IMG/VR virus record: IMGVR_UViG_3300027996_002186
Span: 1-64,000 of that record
Strand: one strand, 5' to 3'
Length of the DNA: 64,000 bases
In this document: piece after piece, positions 1-9,871 of the stretch
Position numbering within the stretch: the first letter of the stretch is position 1
Layout: each line of letters opens with the position of its first letter
The notes under the pieces: generated by a model
Told to the model about the DNA's origin: nothing
The model's database searches: none
The model's input: only the letters and a program-made list of their open reading frames with translations
Program-made: the position numbers and the translations under genes

Positions 1-1
1 T

Positions 2-700
2 TATCCTGAATTTAGGTACACTGCAAAAGCTAACACAGTAGTATATAATTATGCTGACGGTGGAATGCCTGGCCCATTAGGTTGGAGAAATAACCTCAGA
101 CCTAATATGAGGCTTGGGTTTGGTGGCGGTGGTGGTTCACTACCAATTGAATTATTATCCTTTGGTGTTGAGTCTAACGATGCAAATGATGTGGTGGTTG
201 AATGGACTACAGCATCACAGAGCAACAATGACTACTTTACAGTTCAACGAAGTGTTGATGGATATGAGTGGGAGGAAGTAACTAAAATCACTGGTTGTGG
301 TAACTGTAATAGTCAGATAGATTACACATATTTAGACAGGAATCCATATACTGGCGTTTCATATTATAGATTGATGCAAACAGATTATGATGGAGTATTT
401 GAAATATTTGCACCACAGTCCGTTACTATCGCAAACAATCAAACAATAGGATTACATATTATACCTAATCCTGCAATAGATAACATCCAATTAGAGTTAG
501 TATATCCAGATCCATTACATCGAGACTATAATCATGATGTACGAATATACAATTCTGATGGAGTAGAAGTTTATAAGAAGTTTTATATGGGTGAGTTAGA
601 GGATTTTAACATTGATATTAAGAAACTTAAAACTGGATATTATATCATAAACACTAAAGGCGATCGAGTTAAAGGTACTGGAAAGTTTATAAAAGAATAG
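2..700 (+). CDS. T9SS (Por) type A sorting domain protein, 5'-truncated by window edge
   Basis: Frame open from nt 2. LPIELLSF...W.TASQ.NNDYF.VQRS.DG..W...YYRL.QTDYDG Ig-like module, then PNPA...IYN..G...L.TGYYII...KFIKE C-terminal domain typical of Bacteroidota T9SS cargo. Confidence 0.85.
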   Translation, partial: YPEFRYTAKANTVVYNYADGGMPGPLGWRNNLRPNMRLGFGGGGGSLPIELLSFGVESNDANDVVVEWTTASQSNNDYFTVQRSVDGYEWEEVTKITGCGNCNSQIDYTYLDRNPYTGVSYYRLMQTDYDGVFEIFAPQSVTIANNQTIGLHIIPNPAIDNIQLELVYPDPLHRDYNHDVRIYNSDGVEVYKKFYMGELEDFNIDIKKLKTGYYIINTKGDRVKGTGKFIKE

Positions 701-717
701 GACGGTATATAATAACT

Positions 718-948
718 TTATAAAGTTTTGATTATATTTGATTGTTTTAAAATTTCACTTATATCTTTTTGATTATACCAAATATATTCACTATTGGGAT
801 AACTAACACCGAAAAAGGGACCAGTACCTTCCTTATCCGTTCTTTTATATAATGGTAGGTTTTTCCCACTTTGTAATATCACTCCTTCTTTATCTTTGTG
901 AATAAATCTAATACCTATCCTCGGTCTCAATACTTCTATATTCATCAT
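718..948 (-). CDS. hypothetical protein
   Basis: ORF; start moved to MMNIEV to avoid overlap with upstream gene. Confidence 0.55.
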   Translation of the reverse strand: MMNIEVLRPRIGIRFIHKDKEGVILQSGKNLPLYKRTDKEGTGPFFGVSYPNSEYIWYNQKDISEILKQSNIIKTL

Positions 949-961
949 TATATTTCTTTTA

Positions 962-1156
962 CTATATGAAAAGCCAACCCACAATATCCAGATTAGTATC
1001 ATTATCAATTTTTTCTTCTTTAAACTTCAAGAAGCTTTCTTTGTTTGCAAATTGAGCAACTGATTGGTTACCATTAGTTTTATTTTTAAAGTGAATATAA
1101 CCCACCATGCTATTCTTTTTAAGTTCTTCTACGTTTGGTATTTTTACTATCATCAT
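962..1156 (-). CDS. hypothetical protein
   Basis: ORF; ATGA overlap with upstream small gene. Confidence 0.6.
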   Translation of the reverse strand: MMIVKIPNVEELKKNSMVGYIHFKNKTNGNQSVAQFANKESFLKFKEEKIDNDTNLDIVGWLFI

Positions 1157-1326
1157 ATATTATTTTTATTTCGGAGAATTAATAGATTTTCCATTCTCAT
1201 TCGAAGTTCTATAATCTTATACTCATCTGTCTCAGATTCTATCATTTCTTCTACTATATCGATAGAAGAATCTATCATCATTGATGATAATGCTTCATCT
1301 ACTTCTTCATCTGTTAGTTGTTTCAT
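1153..1326 (-). CDS. small acidic hypothetical protein (57 aa, not in ORF track)
   Basis: MKQLTDEEVDEALSSMM...RNKNNI*; TAATATATA motif just upstream; TGA overlaps next ATG. Confidence 0.65.
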   Translation of the reverse strand: MKQLTDEEVDEALSSMMIDSSIDIVEEMIESETDEYKIIELRMRMENLLILRNKNNI

Positions 1327-1362
1327 ATTATTATATATTACTTAGTTCTGAAAGATGTTAAA

Positions 1363-2607
1363 TTACATTTCTCCTTTAAGTGTTTCTAATTGGTTACTGA
1401 CCTCAGTAAGTCTTAGATTTGAATCTTCGAATATACCATCAAAGTGTTCTTCTGATACTAAGGTTTGGTTCTTATCAACTCCAGTAGTGATAGTTTCGAT
1501 GTTATATTCTATTTCAGATAAGTTAGTCCATATCTTGTTTAGTGACTCTCCTAAATTTTCACCAATACTCGATATTTTATTTTCAACATCACTGAGGTCT
1601 AATATAGATACTTCATTTGATTGTTTAAGTTTCGACATACTTATACCCGATGTTATCATATACCTACCAAGTGATTTAGCGCTCGTGTTAGGTAAACTAG
1701 AATTCAATACATAAATATAAACTTTATAAGCTTGTTTAAGAGCTATTATATAATAATCACATAATTGATCTTCTTCCAACGTTCTATGATCAATTCCATT
1801 TTGACTAACTAATTTAATATTTCCTTTATCAGCACCATAATCAACAAATTTGATTTGATATGTATCTAGTCCATTTTCACCAATGACATCAGCTTTCTTA
1901 TTATCATCAGGTACCGTACCATTAAGAAGACCTCCTATAAAAGACTCAAATAAGAACCCAGCACTTGTAGCATTAAAATGATCTTTCATCTCTTGTAAGT
2001 ATTTCAATAGCATGATAGCTGATATCTTTTGTTGTATTACTTGTGTAGCATTTGAATTATTATATCCGCGGATGCCTAATGGGTTATTTAGTTTATTTAA
2101 CTTTTCTCTTAACCCAGTCAGCCCTGTTCTATTACTAAGTGGTTTAGAGAACCTTTTAATCTTTTTGATAACCTCCATATCAATCTTAACATTGACCCAA
2201 CCACTCGCCTCAGTATCGATTATATTAGAATATTCTGGTATAGATGGTGTCGGATCAGTTTCATCCTCCCAGTCTTTGTTTCTTACCCATGGATTACCCA
2301 ATTCATCAGTAACCACTTCTCCATCAAAGTTTCTCAATTGGTGATTTCCATTAAAATCAAATCCAACTAAAAATCCATTCTTGTCGATACCACCAATATA
2401 TTCATGTTCTCTATTTCTTCTTAATTTATCAGTGTTATAATTCCAGTCCTTATCAATAATTATCTCAATTAAGTTACCACCTCTTCTGATATTTACTATA
2501 TGTCCTTTCTTCTTAACTAATCTACCATCATTACCAATTATCTTATCAAGAACTTTTATACTTGTTCCTAATTCCTTTTTTTCGTTAAATCTTTTTAGGT
2601 GTTTCAT
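1363..2607 (-). CDS. N-terminal-motif protein with putative PD-(D/E)XK nuclease-like domain
   Basis: Starts MKHLKRFNE; GFLFESF...KADV...TYQIK resembles the E...D...(E/Q)xK restriction-endonuclease motif order. Confidence 0.55.
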   Translation of the reverse strand: MKHLKRFNEKKELGTSIKVLDKIIGNDGRLVKKKGHIVNIRRGGNLIEIIIDKDWNYNTDKLRRNREHEYIGGIDKNGFLVGFDFNGNHQLRNFDGEVVTDELGNPWVRNKDWEDETDPTPSIPEYSNIIDTEASGWVNVKIDMEVIKKIKRFSKPLSNRTGLTGLREKLNKLNNPLGIRGYNNSNATQVIQQKISAIMLLKYLQEMKDHFNATSAGFLFESFIGGLLNGTVPDDNKKADVIGENGLDTYQIKFVDYGADKGNIKLVSQNGIDHRTLEEDQLCDYYIIALKQAYKVYIYVLNSSLPNTSAKSLGRYMITSGISMSKLKQSNEVSILDLSDVENKISSIGENLGESLNKIWTNLSEIEYNIETITTGVDKNQTLVSEEHFDGIFEDSNLRLTEVSNQLETLKGEM

Positions 2608-2612
2608 TGACA

Positions 2613-2622
2613 TATATATTAA
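2613..2622 (-). promoter_or_regulatory. TTAATATATA putative late promoter (example)
   Basis: 5 nt upstream of ATG at 2607; motif recurs dozens of times. Confidence 0.6.
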
Positions 2623-2674
2623 AAATAAATACTAGATTTGATATACACAATTTGGCGAAATCATCAGAAATACA

Positions 2675-2706
2675 AAAAGGCCCTGAGTAAAACTCAGAAC
2701 CTTTTT
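2675..2706 (-). terminator. intrinsic terminator after csp gene
   Basis: - strand aaaggttctgagt-ttt-actcagggcctttt hairpin (with G-U pairs) and U tail. Confidence 0.75.
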
Positions 2707-2732
2707 AATTGATTTTTCTAATTGATTTTTAA

Positions 2733-2930
2733 TTAATCAACTAACCCAACATCAACAGCAGTCTTGCCTTTACGACCCTCACCTTCTGTGTATGTTACCT
2801 TATCAGATTCTCTTATCTCCACACCTTCTAATAGTCCTGTTATGTGTACGAAGATATCTTCGCCTGTTTCATCATTATTAATGAATCCGAATCCTTTCGA
2901 ATCATTGAAAAATTTTACTGTTCCTTGCAT
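2733..2930 (-). CDS. cspA: cold-shock domain protein
   Basis: GTVKFFN..KGFGFI (RNP1) and DIFVHIT (RNP2) motifs, 65 aa. Confidence 0.95.
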   Translation of the reverse strand: MQGTVKFFNDSKGFGFINNDETGEDIFVHITGLLEGVEIRESDKVTYTEGEGRKGKTAVDVGLVD

Positions 2931-2979
2931 TATTTATTTATTTATTTTATTCTTTACTCAAAATGAGCTTGTTATTTAC

Positions 2980-3007
2980 ATTATACGTTGTTATTATAAT
3001 TAGTTTA
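2980..3007 (-). promoter_or_regulatory. TAAACT-N16-TATAAT promoter-like element (third class)
   Basis: Same spacing at 15434-15461(+), 42000-42027(-), 47496-47523(+). Confidence 0.5.
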
Positions 3008-3072
3008 ATAATTTATCATTTTTTTACGATACACAATTATAAAATTATAAATAAGTTTTTAATATATACTTT

Positions 3073-3483
3073 ATGAATCATATAAAATCATATAAAATAT
3101 TTGAATCCGAGTTGGGTTATGTTAGTAAACCAATCGATATAAAGTTCGATATAAAGACTGCTAAATTTGATTATAATAGAAATACAAAATATAGACATGG
3201 TATTGATAGGGTTATTAATGATGATGAAATAATTGAAATTGTCGAAAAGGGTATGGAAAAATTAACCATTGATTTGATGAATGATAATTTGGATATTGGT
3301 GATAGATTCGTGTTGAAAGGTGAGGGTTTTGATGGTGATATGTTAAATTTAGTTTGTCAGTTAAATCCTGGTGAGAATTTTTTCACATTGATGATCATAA
3401 CTGCTATGCGTAAAGAGGATTTCACAGGACATAGAAATCAATATATCTTGAATGTAGATACACAACAACATCATTACGAATAA
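3073..3483 (+). CDS. N-terminal-motif hypothetical protein
   Basis: MNHIKSYKIFES; TTAATATATA at 3059-3068. Confidence 0.8.
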   Translation: MNHIKSYKIFESELGYVSKPIDIKFDIKTAKFDYNRNTKYRHGIDRVINDDEIIEIVEKGMEKLTIDLMNDNLDIGDRFVLKGEGFDGDMLNLVCQLNPGENFFTLMIITAMRKEDFTGHRNQYILNVDTQQHHYE

Positions 3484-4313
3484 TGAGATATTTAAATAAA
3501 TATAATATCTATAAAGGTGATTTCTTGTTAGAAAGTTTGAATGAGTCTATTGATGTAGGTTCTTTTACATCTAAAATAAAAAATTATCTAAGTAATTTGA
3601 ATAAGAATCAAATAAAAGAATACTATAAAAAATTCATTGAAAAGGTATCAAAACTACCAAAAACAACAAAAAAGGCTATTTTAATAGGAGTTATACCAAT
3701 ATTTGCGTTAAATCTTAGTTCTGCTGACTTAGAACAATCAAGTGATCCAGTTGTTATAGAGGTTGTTAGTGAAGTAGAAACTTTAGAAGTGCAAGAACCA
3801 GTAGAAGAAATTGTAGAAGATAATTTCAAAAAAGGTTATGATTTTGTTTTAACACAAAACGGGTGGGATTCTATACGAGATGAAGAGAAATTAAGATTAT
3901 ATCCGTATGATATAGGTGATGGTAAAATAACAGTTGGATGGGGACATGCCGAAGATATCACTACATCTAAATATAAGATAGGTAATAAGATAAGTAAAGA
4001 GGAAGCTCAGAAATTATTAAAAGATGATTTGACATTAGCTGCTGATGCTGTTAGGCAAGTTTTCGTGGAGTGGAAAGAGAAGGATATAGATGTTGAAATA
4101 ACACAAGATATGTTTGATGCTTTAGTTTCAATAACATTTAACATTGGTGTTGGTGGTATGAGAAATTCGGACTTTATACAAGACTTAAAGAAAGGAGATT
4201 ATAAAGCTTGTGCTAATAGTATGAGAATACATAAGAGTAATCTATTTGAGAAGTTCCCTGGGTTAGAAACAAGACGAGGTAGAGAAGCTGATATTTACTT
4301 GAAAAATTATTAA
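3483..4313 (+). CDS. GH24 (phage lysozyme) with N-terminal motif extension
   Basis: EEKLRLYPYDIGDGKITVGWGH (E-x8-D-x5-T triad), FDALVSITFNIG, GLETRR..E; N-term MRYLNKY...LLESLNES. Confidence 0.9.
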   Translation: MRYLNKYNIYKGDFLLESLNESIDVGSFTSKIKNYLSNLNKNQIKEYYKKFIEKVSKLPKTTKKAILIGVIPIFALNLSSADLEQSSDPVVIEVVSEVETLEVQEPVEEIVEDNFKKGYDFVLTQNGWDSIRDEEKLRLYPYDIGDGKITVGWGHAEDITTSKYKIGNKISKEEAQKLLKDDLTLAADAVRQVFVEWKEKDIDVEITQDMFDALVSITFNIGVGGMRNSDFIQDLKKGDYKACANSMRIHKSNLFEKFPGLETRRGREADIYLKNY

Positions 4314-4333
4314 ATAAAAAAATAAATAATATC

Positions 4334-4615
4334 ATGAAGACGGAAGAAGAATTATCAAAAGAAAGTCAACCACAATATTTCACTTGGTTGTGGAGGAATA
4401 AAAAAACAGAGATATTACTTACCTTTGTTGGTATTGTATCATGTATTTTAACTACACCGATAATACTAGATCCTATGAACGAAAACCCAATTATTGTAAT
4501 GATTTTAGCTTTTATTGCAATATATGGATTTACTGTTGGTATGGCATTACAACCATACACAATATATAAAAAATTAGTTAAGATGAATTATTGGTCACGT
4601 AATTCTCCTTATTAG
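4334..4615 (+). CDS. two-TM membrane protein (holin candidate by position only)
   Basis: Two hydrophobic helices; directly follows lysozyme. Confidence 0.55.
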   Translation: MKTEEELSKESQPQYFTWLWRNKKTEILLTFVGIVSCILTTPIILDPMNENPIIVMILAFIAIYGFTVGMALQPYTIYKKLVKMNYWSRNSPY

Positions 4616-4633
4616 AAATAATATATAGAAAGT

Positions 4634-4930
4634 ATGAAATACTTAAAGACATTTGAAAATTATGGAATAGTAGAATCTGTTTCTTTCAATAGAAAGGATA
4701 AGGCTAGAATACTAACATTAAATGATAGAGCTACTGATGAGGATCACTTAATTAGACTAGCTGTTAATATGGCGAACGCTATTGGTAGAAATGTTGAAAA
4801 AGGAAGTGAGAACGAATATATCTCTGGTAAGAAAGCCTTTCAAAGAGGATTAGCAGCAGAAGATGAGAACTTCCACGAGGTAGCTCAGATATTTTTTGAT
4901 AGAGCAAAAGAATTGGGATTCGAAGAATAA
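4634..4930 (+). CDS. N-terminal-motif hypothetical protein
   Basis: MKYLKTFENYGIVES; TAATATATA at 4619-4627. Confidence 0.8.
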   Translation: MKYLKTFENYGIVESVSFNRKDKARILTLNDRATDEDHLIRLAVNMANAIGRNVEKGSENEYISGKKAFQRGLAAEDENFHEVAQIFFDRAKELGFEE

Positions 4931-6316
4931 TCATATAAATCTATACTTTTGAGAATTATAATTTTTCTCGAATTGTTCTTGTGATAATTCCACACCCCCA
5001 TGAATTGTCATTCCTAAAGTCTTTCCATTTAGAAAGTTTCCGACAGCAGACCTATCACACCCAATATTGAATCCATTTGTAACGCTACTAGTCAATGTAG
5101 TTATAGTTATAGTATCTTCTAATACACCATTAATGTATAATTTAGCGTTTCCATTTTCAACCGCTGAACATCCTATGTGATACCACGTATTTATTACAGG
5201 CGTAGTTGTAGCCGTCAAATTATCATTCACCGAAGCGTTTATTACAGTCGCTCTTAGTAAGTTTGGATTACCCGCATTAATCCTGATTAAAAAGTTTCTA
5301 TTGTTAGCATTATCATTATATTCAGACCGATACTCGCCTAAAAATGCGTTTATATAGATCCATTGCTCAAAACTAAAGGTAGATCCTATATCAGCAACAG
5401 GTAGAATCGGAAAACTTACATATTCGTCCGTGCCATCCATATCCAAAACCCCATCGGTTATGGTTAAACCATTTCGAAGCTCTCCTATCATTGTTGGATC
5501 TACTATATTCTTTATCAGATTACTTCCCCACTTATTAGTAAGTTGATTCGACTTCGTAATTATTTGACTTGACGTGTACACACCTTCTGCTACGAACATT
5601 TCCCCGTAAAATATATTGCCTGATCCCGTTAATGTCGATTGACCGTGACCTAAATAAGTAGCGCCTAAAGTCGCTAAAATAGCAGTTGCAGATGCGTTTA
5701 TTGGTTTAGTTCCATAAGACACACCATCAACAAATAATTCCATTAACTTATTTGATATTGATATTTTCAATGCGTAAATGTGTAAACTATCTATACTTTG
5801 GTCGGGTATTGTCCAAGTCGAAACTTCTTGCGTAGCCGTTCCTTGCCATTTATTAACACTCCTAAAAGTTGTTGATGTCGTGTGATTAATTGTTATTCCG
5901 TTAACTAATGGATTGATTGAAGTTGGCATTGAAAATATATTTCCATTGCTATAATCGAATGTGGAATACATTATAAGTAACTCCAAAATACCATCTGCAC
6001 TATATGAAGATGTTTGCACACCATTAGATGAGGTAACATCGTACCCGACACTTAAATTTCGATTGCTATAGTTCTCGTAAAATATAAACTCTTCGCCTAC
6101 TGCCGAGGTTCCCGTATAGCCATTTCCACTTTGGTCGGGAACTACCAATATATTATCGAGATTATTTAATCCCGTTATCTTAGAAAAATCCCAATGGAGT
6201 TTAATATTTGAATCAACTACATCTGGATAATTGGTTACCACAGATAGTTTATTACCCGTATCAGATTGAAACGTTCCTGAACTTGTTATTGCTGATTTAA
6301 ATCCTCCTGTGCTCAT
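4931..6316 (-). CDS. LamG/concanavalin-like virion fibre protein (two lectin-like domains)
   Basis: DGTDEYV, SFEQWIY, WYHI....KLYINGVL; C-term NYNSQKYRFI. Confidence 0.8.
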   Translation of the reverse strand: MSTGGFKSAITSSGTFQSDTGNKLSVVTNYPDVVDSNIKLHWDFSKITGLNNLDNILVVPDQSGNGYTGTSAVGEEFIFYENYSNRNLSVGYDVTSSNGVQTSSYSADGILELLIMYSTFDYSNGNIFSMPTSINPLVNGITINHTTSTTFRSVNKWQGTATQEVSTWTIPDQSIDSLHIYALKISISNKLMELFVDGVSYGTKPINASATAILATLGATYLGHGQSTLTGSGNIFYGEMFVAEGVYTSSQIITKSNQLTNKWGSNLIKNIVDPTMIGELRNGLTITDGVLDMDGTDEYVSFPILPVADIGSTFSFEQWIYINAFLGEYRSEYNDNANNRNFLIRINAGNPNLLRATVINASVNDNLTATTTPVINTWYHIGCSAVENGNAKLYINGVLEDTITITTLTSSVTNGFNIGCDRSAVGNFLNGKTLGMTIHGGVELSQEQFEKNYNSQKYRFI

Positions 6317-7044
6317 AAGTATCTATGTTTTTGTACTTCGTAATTATATAGTATCTGTTCGGGAGTTAATACTGCACTATGTATAGTTGTTAGACCGAGA
6401 GTTCCTTGAAGTGTATATTGATTAAAGGCATTTAGTTGCAACCTACCTAATACCCATATATTATTTACTAAATCCGTACCGTACTGCGTTATGGGATTAA
6501 TTGAATCGCTAACATCAGCAACCTTAACCCCATTAATAAACATTTCAGCATCCAATACATCTGAGGGTGCAGTATAAACTATGTTCATCCAATCTCCTTG
6601 ATTATAAGGAACTGTTGCGGGAATAGACCCATTACCCGAACCACCTTTTATTAACTGATTAAGGCAATTAACCGACACTTCATTTGATGCTGCTTGTCCA
6701 CTATTTCGACCCATACTTATTACCACAGCACCGCTTGAGCGACTTATGATATATGAACTAAAGATATTTCTTTCTTCTTGAACCCAAGTGGAAAGTGTAT
6801 AAGGTCTATCTGCTGCTCCTAAAGTTATTTGTGCTAATGGACTACTCGCTACATTCACTTGGTCATCGACACCATCAAAAACTATACCTTTGTCAGAGAA
6901 TGTTGTACCATTTTCTAAAAGGAGTTCTCTATGCTCAACAACATCTCTTATAGTAGTAGCGTCTTTACGCATAATTAAATTAGCACCATCAAAAGAGTAC
7001 CTTAGATTGTCCTTTACTATTGATTTACGTGCGAAGTGTCCCAT
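6313..7044 (-). CDS. LamG-like virion protein
   Basis: IVFDGVDDQV, TLSTWV, WMNIVYT, MFINGV; C-term NYEVQKHRYL. Confidence 0.8.
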   Translation of the reverse strand: MGHFARKSIVKDNLRYSFDGANLIMRKDATTIRDVVEHRELLLENGTTFSDKGIVFDGVDDQVNVASSPLAQITLGAADRPYTLSTWVQEERNIFSSYIISRSSGAVVISMGRNSGQAASNEVSVNCLNQLIKGGSGNGSIPATVPYNQGDWMNIVYTAPSDVLDAEMFINGVKVADVSDSINPITQYGTDLVNNIWVLGRLQLNAFNQYTLQGTLGLTTIHSAVLTPEQILYNYEVQKHRYL

Positions 7045-7045
7045 C

Positions 7046-7306
7046 TTATCCTTCTATAAGCCCTATTGGTAATGTCCATTCTACCGTTGCCATTACTGCT
7101 AATATCTCTTCGTGAGTGTATGTAGGTATGGTTGGTGTAATTACTGATACACTACTTGGTATATCTCCCTCCCATTTTAATACAAATTCTGTTTCATCAA
7201 TATTCTTACGAACTGTATCAGCAGATGTCTGTTGGACTTGTGAATAATCTACGTTATTTAATTCAGCTATCGGTGCTATTGCGTATGTCTTATTATTGTG
7301 TGCCAT
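7046..7306 (-). CDS. small conserved phage protein of LamG cassettes
   Basis: VDYSQV.QTS..TVRK..D.T.FVLKW.G; embedded between LamG genes. Confidence 0.7.
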   Translation of the reverse strand: MAHNNKTYAIAPIAELNNVDYSQVQQTSADTVRKNIDETEFVLKWEGDIPSSVSVITPTIPTYTHEEILAVMATVEWTLPIGLIEG

Positions 7307-7314
7307 AACTTTCT

Positions 7315-8034
7315 TTAATTTATATATCTTGATTTTTGTGCTTCGTAATTATCTAGTGCTTCTGCTTGGGTTAATTCTTTGTTGTAGATAACTAACTTTT
7401 TAAGACTTCCTTCTAAATAATTTGCAGACTCGTTAAATCTTCTACCGATTACAAATCTAGCATTTGCACCAATCGCTATTGGAGAAGCACTTAAAGTATC
7501 ATAGAATGTGACTAAAGTATCTTCAACGCCATCAGTATAAATGTGTATGCCCGAAACTAAACTACTACCATCATAAGTAACTACGTGGTGGTGTATTCCA
7601 TCGTTATACGTGTTTGTTGTTCTTACTGCAACCCCATTAGTAGTCGGTGTATTAACTAAACTGAAACCTAAAGCACCTAAAGGGGTATTTCGATATAACA
7701 CTCCCCAACCTCTGTATGAATTATCAGTTCCTTGTCTGCCACATACCCAATCAAATACCGAACCCGTAGATTTATCTATCCAAAATTCAATAGTAAATGA
7801 ATCAGTCCTCTCGAACTTGGCAAAGTCTTCATCAGCAAAATCAATCCATTGGTCAACACCATCAAGTTCCATTCCATCATCAACTACTGTAATTCCGTTT
7901 TGAAAAGTTCCATCATTACGAGCCACTAAGTCACGAATGGTACTGCCTGAATTCGGATAAGATACTTTATTGTCAGCATCTATAAGTAACCCAGAATTTG
8001 TTACTATTGGTATTTTATGATAGTGTACTCCCAT
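7315..8034 (-). CDS. LamG-like virion protein
   Basis: SYPNSGSTIRDL, DGVDQWI, FTIEFW, HHHVVTYDGS, IYNKELT; C-term NYEAQKSRYIN. Confidence 0.85.
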   Translation of the reverse strand: MGVHYHKIPIVTNSGLLIDADNKVSYPNSGSTIRDLVARNDGTFQNGITVVDDGMELDGVDQWIDFADEDFAKFERTDSFTIEFWIDKSTGSVFDWVCGRQGTDNSYRGWGVLYRNTPLGALGFSLVNTPTTNGVAVRTTNTYNDGIHHHVVTYDGSSLVSGIHIYTDGVEDTLVTFYDTLSASPIAIGANARFVIGRRFNESANYLEGSLKKLVIYNKELTQAEALDNYEAQKSRYIN

Positions 8035-8048
8035 AATTATGATATTTT

Positions 8049-8726
8049 TTATACTATTGTTGTGTTAAATACACTTGTTACTATCCACGCAGCTACTGTT
8101 GCCTCATATATTAGTTCTACTGAATCTCCTATATCGTTAAATGTTATAGTTGTATATCCTAAAAGGCTTGTGGGTGTTAGTGTTACTTTATCAGTAGGAT
8201 CACCTTCAGTAGTATATAATATTGTTATTCTCTGACCTTCAATACCATTTGGTAAGTCTAAAAAATCTGATGTGGTTGTGGTTGTTATTTTAGTAATACT
8301 TTTTGTAACATCTATACTTGCTGTAGTTCCTGTTGATGTTATGGTATAACTATTTAGATTTACGTCTATTGTGTTTGTGCTTAAAGTAGTATCTCCCGTC
8401 ACATCATTATAGTTTAACTCTAAAGGAACACCACTCGTTTGAAATGGATTTCCCATTTGAATTAACCAATCGGCATCCGCATACATAATATCATTACCAC
8501 TTACATCGGCTACTCCAAATAGTTGACCATCTTTATCGTCAGTGATTGTGAATAGACCTCCCGTAGTTCCATCAAAAGTAATGTTAGAAGCAGCAACTCC
8601 TGCTGTTGCTGATTGAACAATTTTAATAGCGTCAGATTCCAATGCCGCAGTTGATATAAACTTTAAATCACCATCTAGTTTTATATCACCATCTAGTATT
8701 TCCGCATTTCCGTATATTTTTGCCAT
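8049..8726 (-). CDS. putative virion structural/fibre protein
   Basis: Thr/Gly-rich beta-type composition; first gene of LamG operon, behind TTAATATATA at 8777-8786. Confidence 0.65.
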   Translation of the reverse strand: MAKIYGNAEILDGDIKLDGDLKFISTAALESDAIKIVQSATAGVAASNITFDGTTGGLFTITDDKDGQLFGVADVSGNDIMYADADWLIQMGNPFQTSGVPLELNYNDVTGDTTLSTNTIDVNLNSYTITSTGTTASIDVTKSITKITTTTTSDFLDLPNGIEGQRITILYTTEGDPTDKVTLTPTSLLGYTTITFNDIGDSVELIYEATVAAWIVTSVFNTTIV

Positions 8727-8839
8727 ATCCCGTTATTTATTTTACAATCGACTTAAAATATATAATTGTAATATAGTATATATTAATTTTTTAATAAAAA
8801 ATAGTTTGTGTTTCTAAATAATACGAAAAATAAATAAAA

Positions 8840-9535
8840 TTACTTACAGTGATAACAATTCTTACCAAAATTTTCACACCATTGGTCTATTGTGCAGAAA
8901 GCTTCCATATATTTAATATATCCCCTTAACCCTTGGCATATAAATTTATCCCAGTAATTATACTTTATTGTATAATTCCATAAATCAATTTCACTCCAAT
9001 TATACTTATCTTTTATATACTTAGCCACTTGATATCCAGTTCTATCAGCACCGGCTGTGCAGTGTATAAGAACTTTACCCCTTCTTAAATATGGTTGTAT
9101 AATATCTAAGGATTCAACATAACCACTATCTTTCTTATAACCCAAATGTGCATTAACCCATACAAACTTTTTACCTAAACTTTCAACCAATTTTCTCTCA
9201 GAGTTAATACCAACACCAGTACCTTCTAACGCATTCATTCTAACTACAACATCTATATCATAATTAGTTATTATTGACTTTAATTGAGATAGTGATGGTT
9301 GGTTTGTTCTAAAAACATTGTTACCACCAGGAACAGTATCAAATTTAGATGGTAGGTTATTTATCCTAATAAATGTGTCCTTTACAACCTCACCCACCTC
9401 ATTGTTATTTTCAACATTTTCAGTTAATTTATAATTACTAATAGAAACACCTTGATTATTTGAATAAATTGATAAAATTATAAAACTTGATATAAGTAAT
9501 AAAGATGATATTAATATAATATTTATTCTTGACAT
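8840..9535 (-). CDS. protein tyrosine/dual-specificity phosphatase with N-terminal signal anchor
   Basis: VLIHCTAGADRTG (HCxxGxxR) motif. ATG is cat at 9533-9535 and stop is tta at 8840, so the gene is on - (ORF track says +). Confidence 0.85.
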   Translation of the reverse strand: MSRINIILISSLLLISSFIILSIYSNNQGVSISNYKLTENVENNNEVGEVVKDTFIRINNLPSKFDTVPGGNNVFRTNQPSLSQLKSIITNYDIDVVVRMNALEGTGVGINSERKLVESLGKKFVWVNAHLGYKKDSGYVESLDIIQPYLRRGKVLIHCTAGADRTGYQVAKYIKDKYNWSEIDLWNYTIKYNYWDKFICQGLRGYIKYMEAFCTIDQWCENFGKNCYHCK

Positions 9536-9623
9536 ATGATATATATCACACTAAAAATATGTATATTGTATTTATAGTTGAAACTATTTAAAATTAGTTA
9601 CATATACAATAAAAATAAAAATT

Positions 9624-9842
9624 ATGAAAGATTACAAAAAATGGACAGAAGACGAAGTAGCTTTAGTTAGAGCTGCAATTAAAAACAATGCAGAGGATAT
9701 GAACTATCTAACCAAAGCACTTAACAGAACAGAGGGTAGTGTATCTTGTAGATTGGGAAGGGAAAGAATGTCAATGGGTTTAGAATCAAACTATACTGGT
9801 GAAACTATTGGTCATGTTAAGACAGAACCTATTTTAATATAA
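9624..9842 (+). CDS. small Myb/SANT-like HTH DNA-binding protein
   Basis: KKWTEDE...L.......LNRTEGSV..R pattern. Confidence 0.55.
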   Translation: MKDYKKWTEDEVALVRAAIKNNAEDMNYLTKALNRTEGSVSCRLGRERMSMGLESNYTGETIGHVKTEPILI

Positions 9843-9871
9843 ACAAATTAAAAAATTATACTATAATTTTA

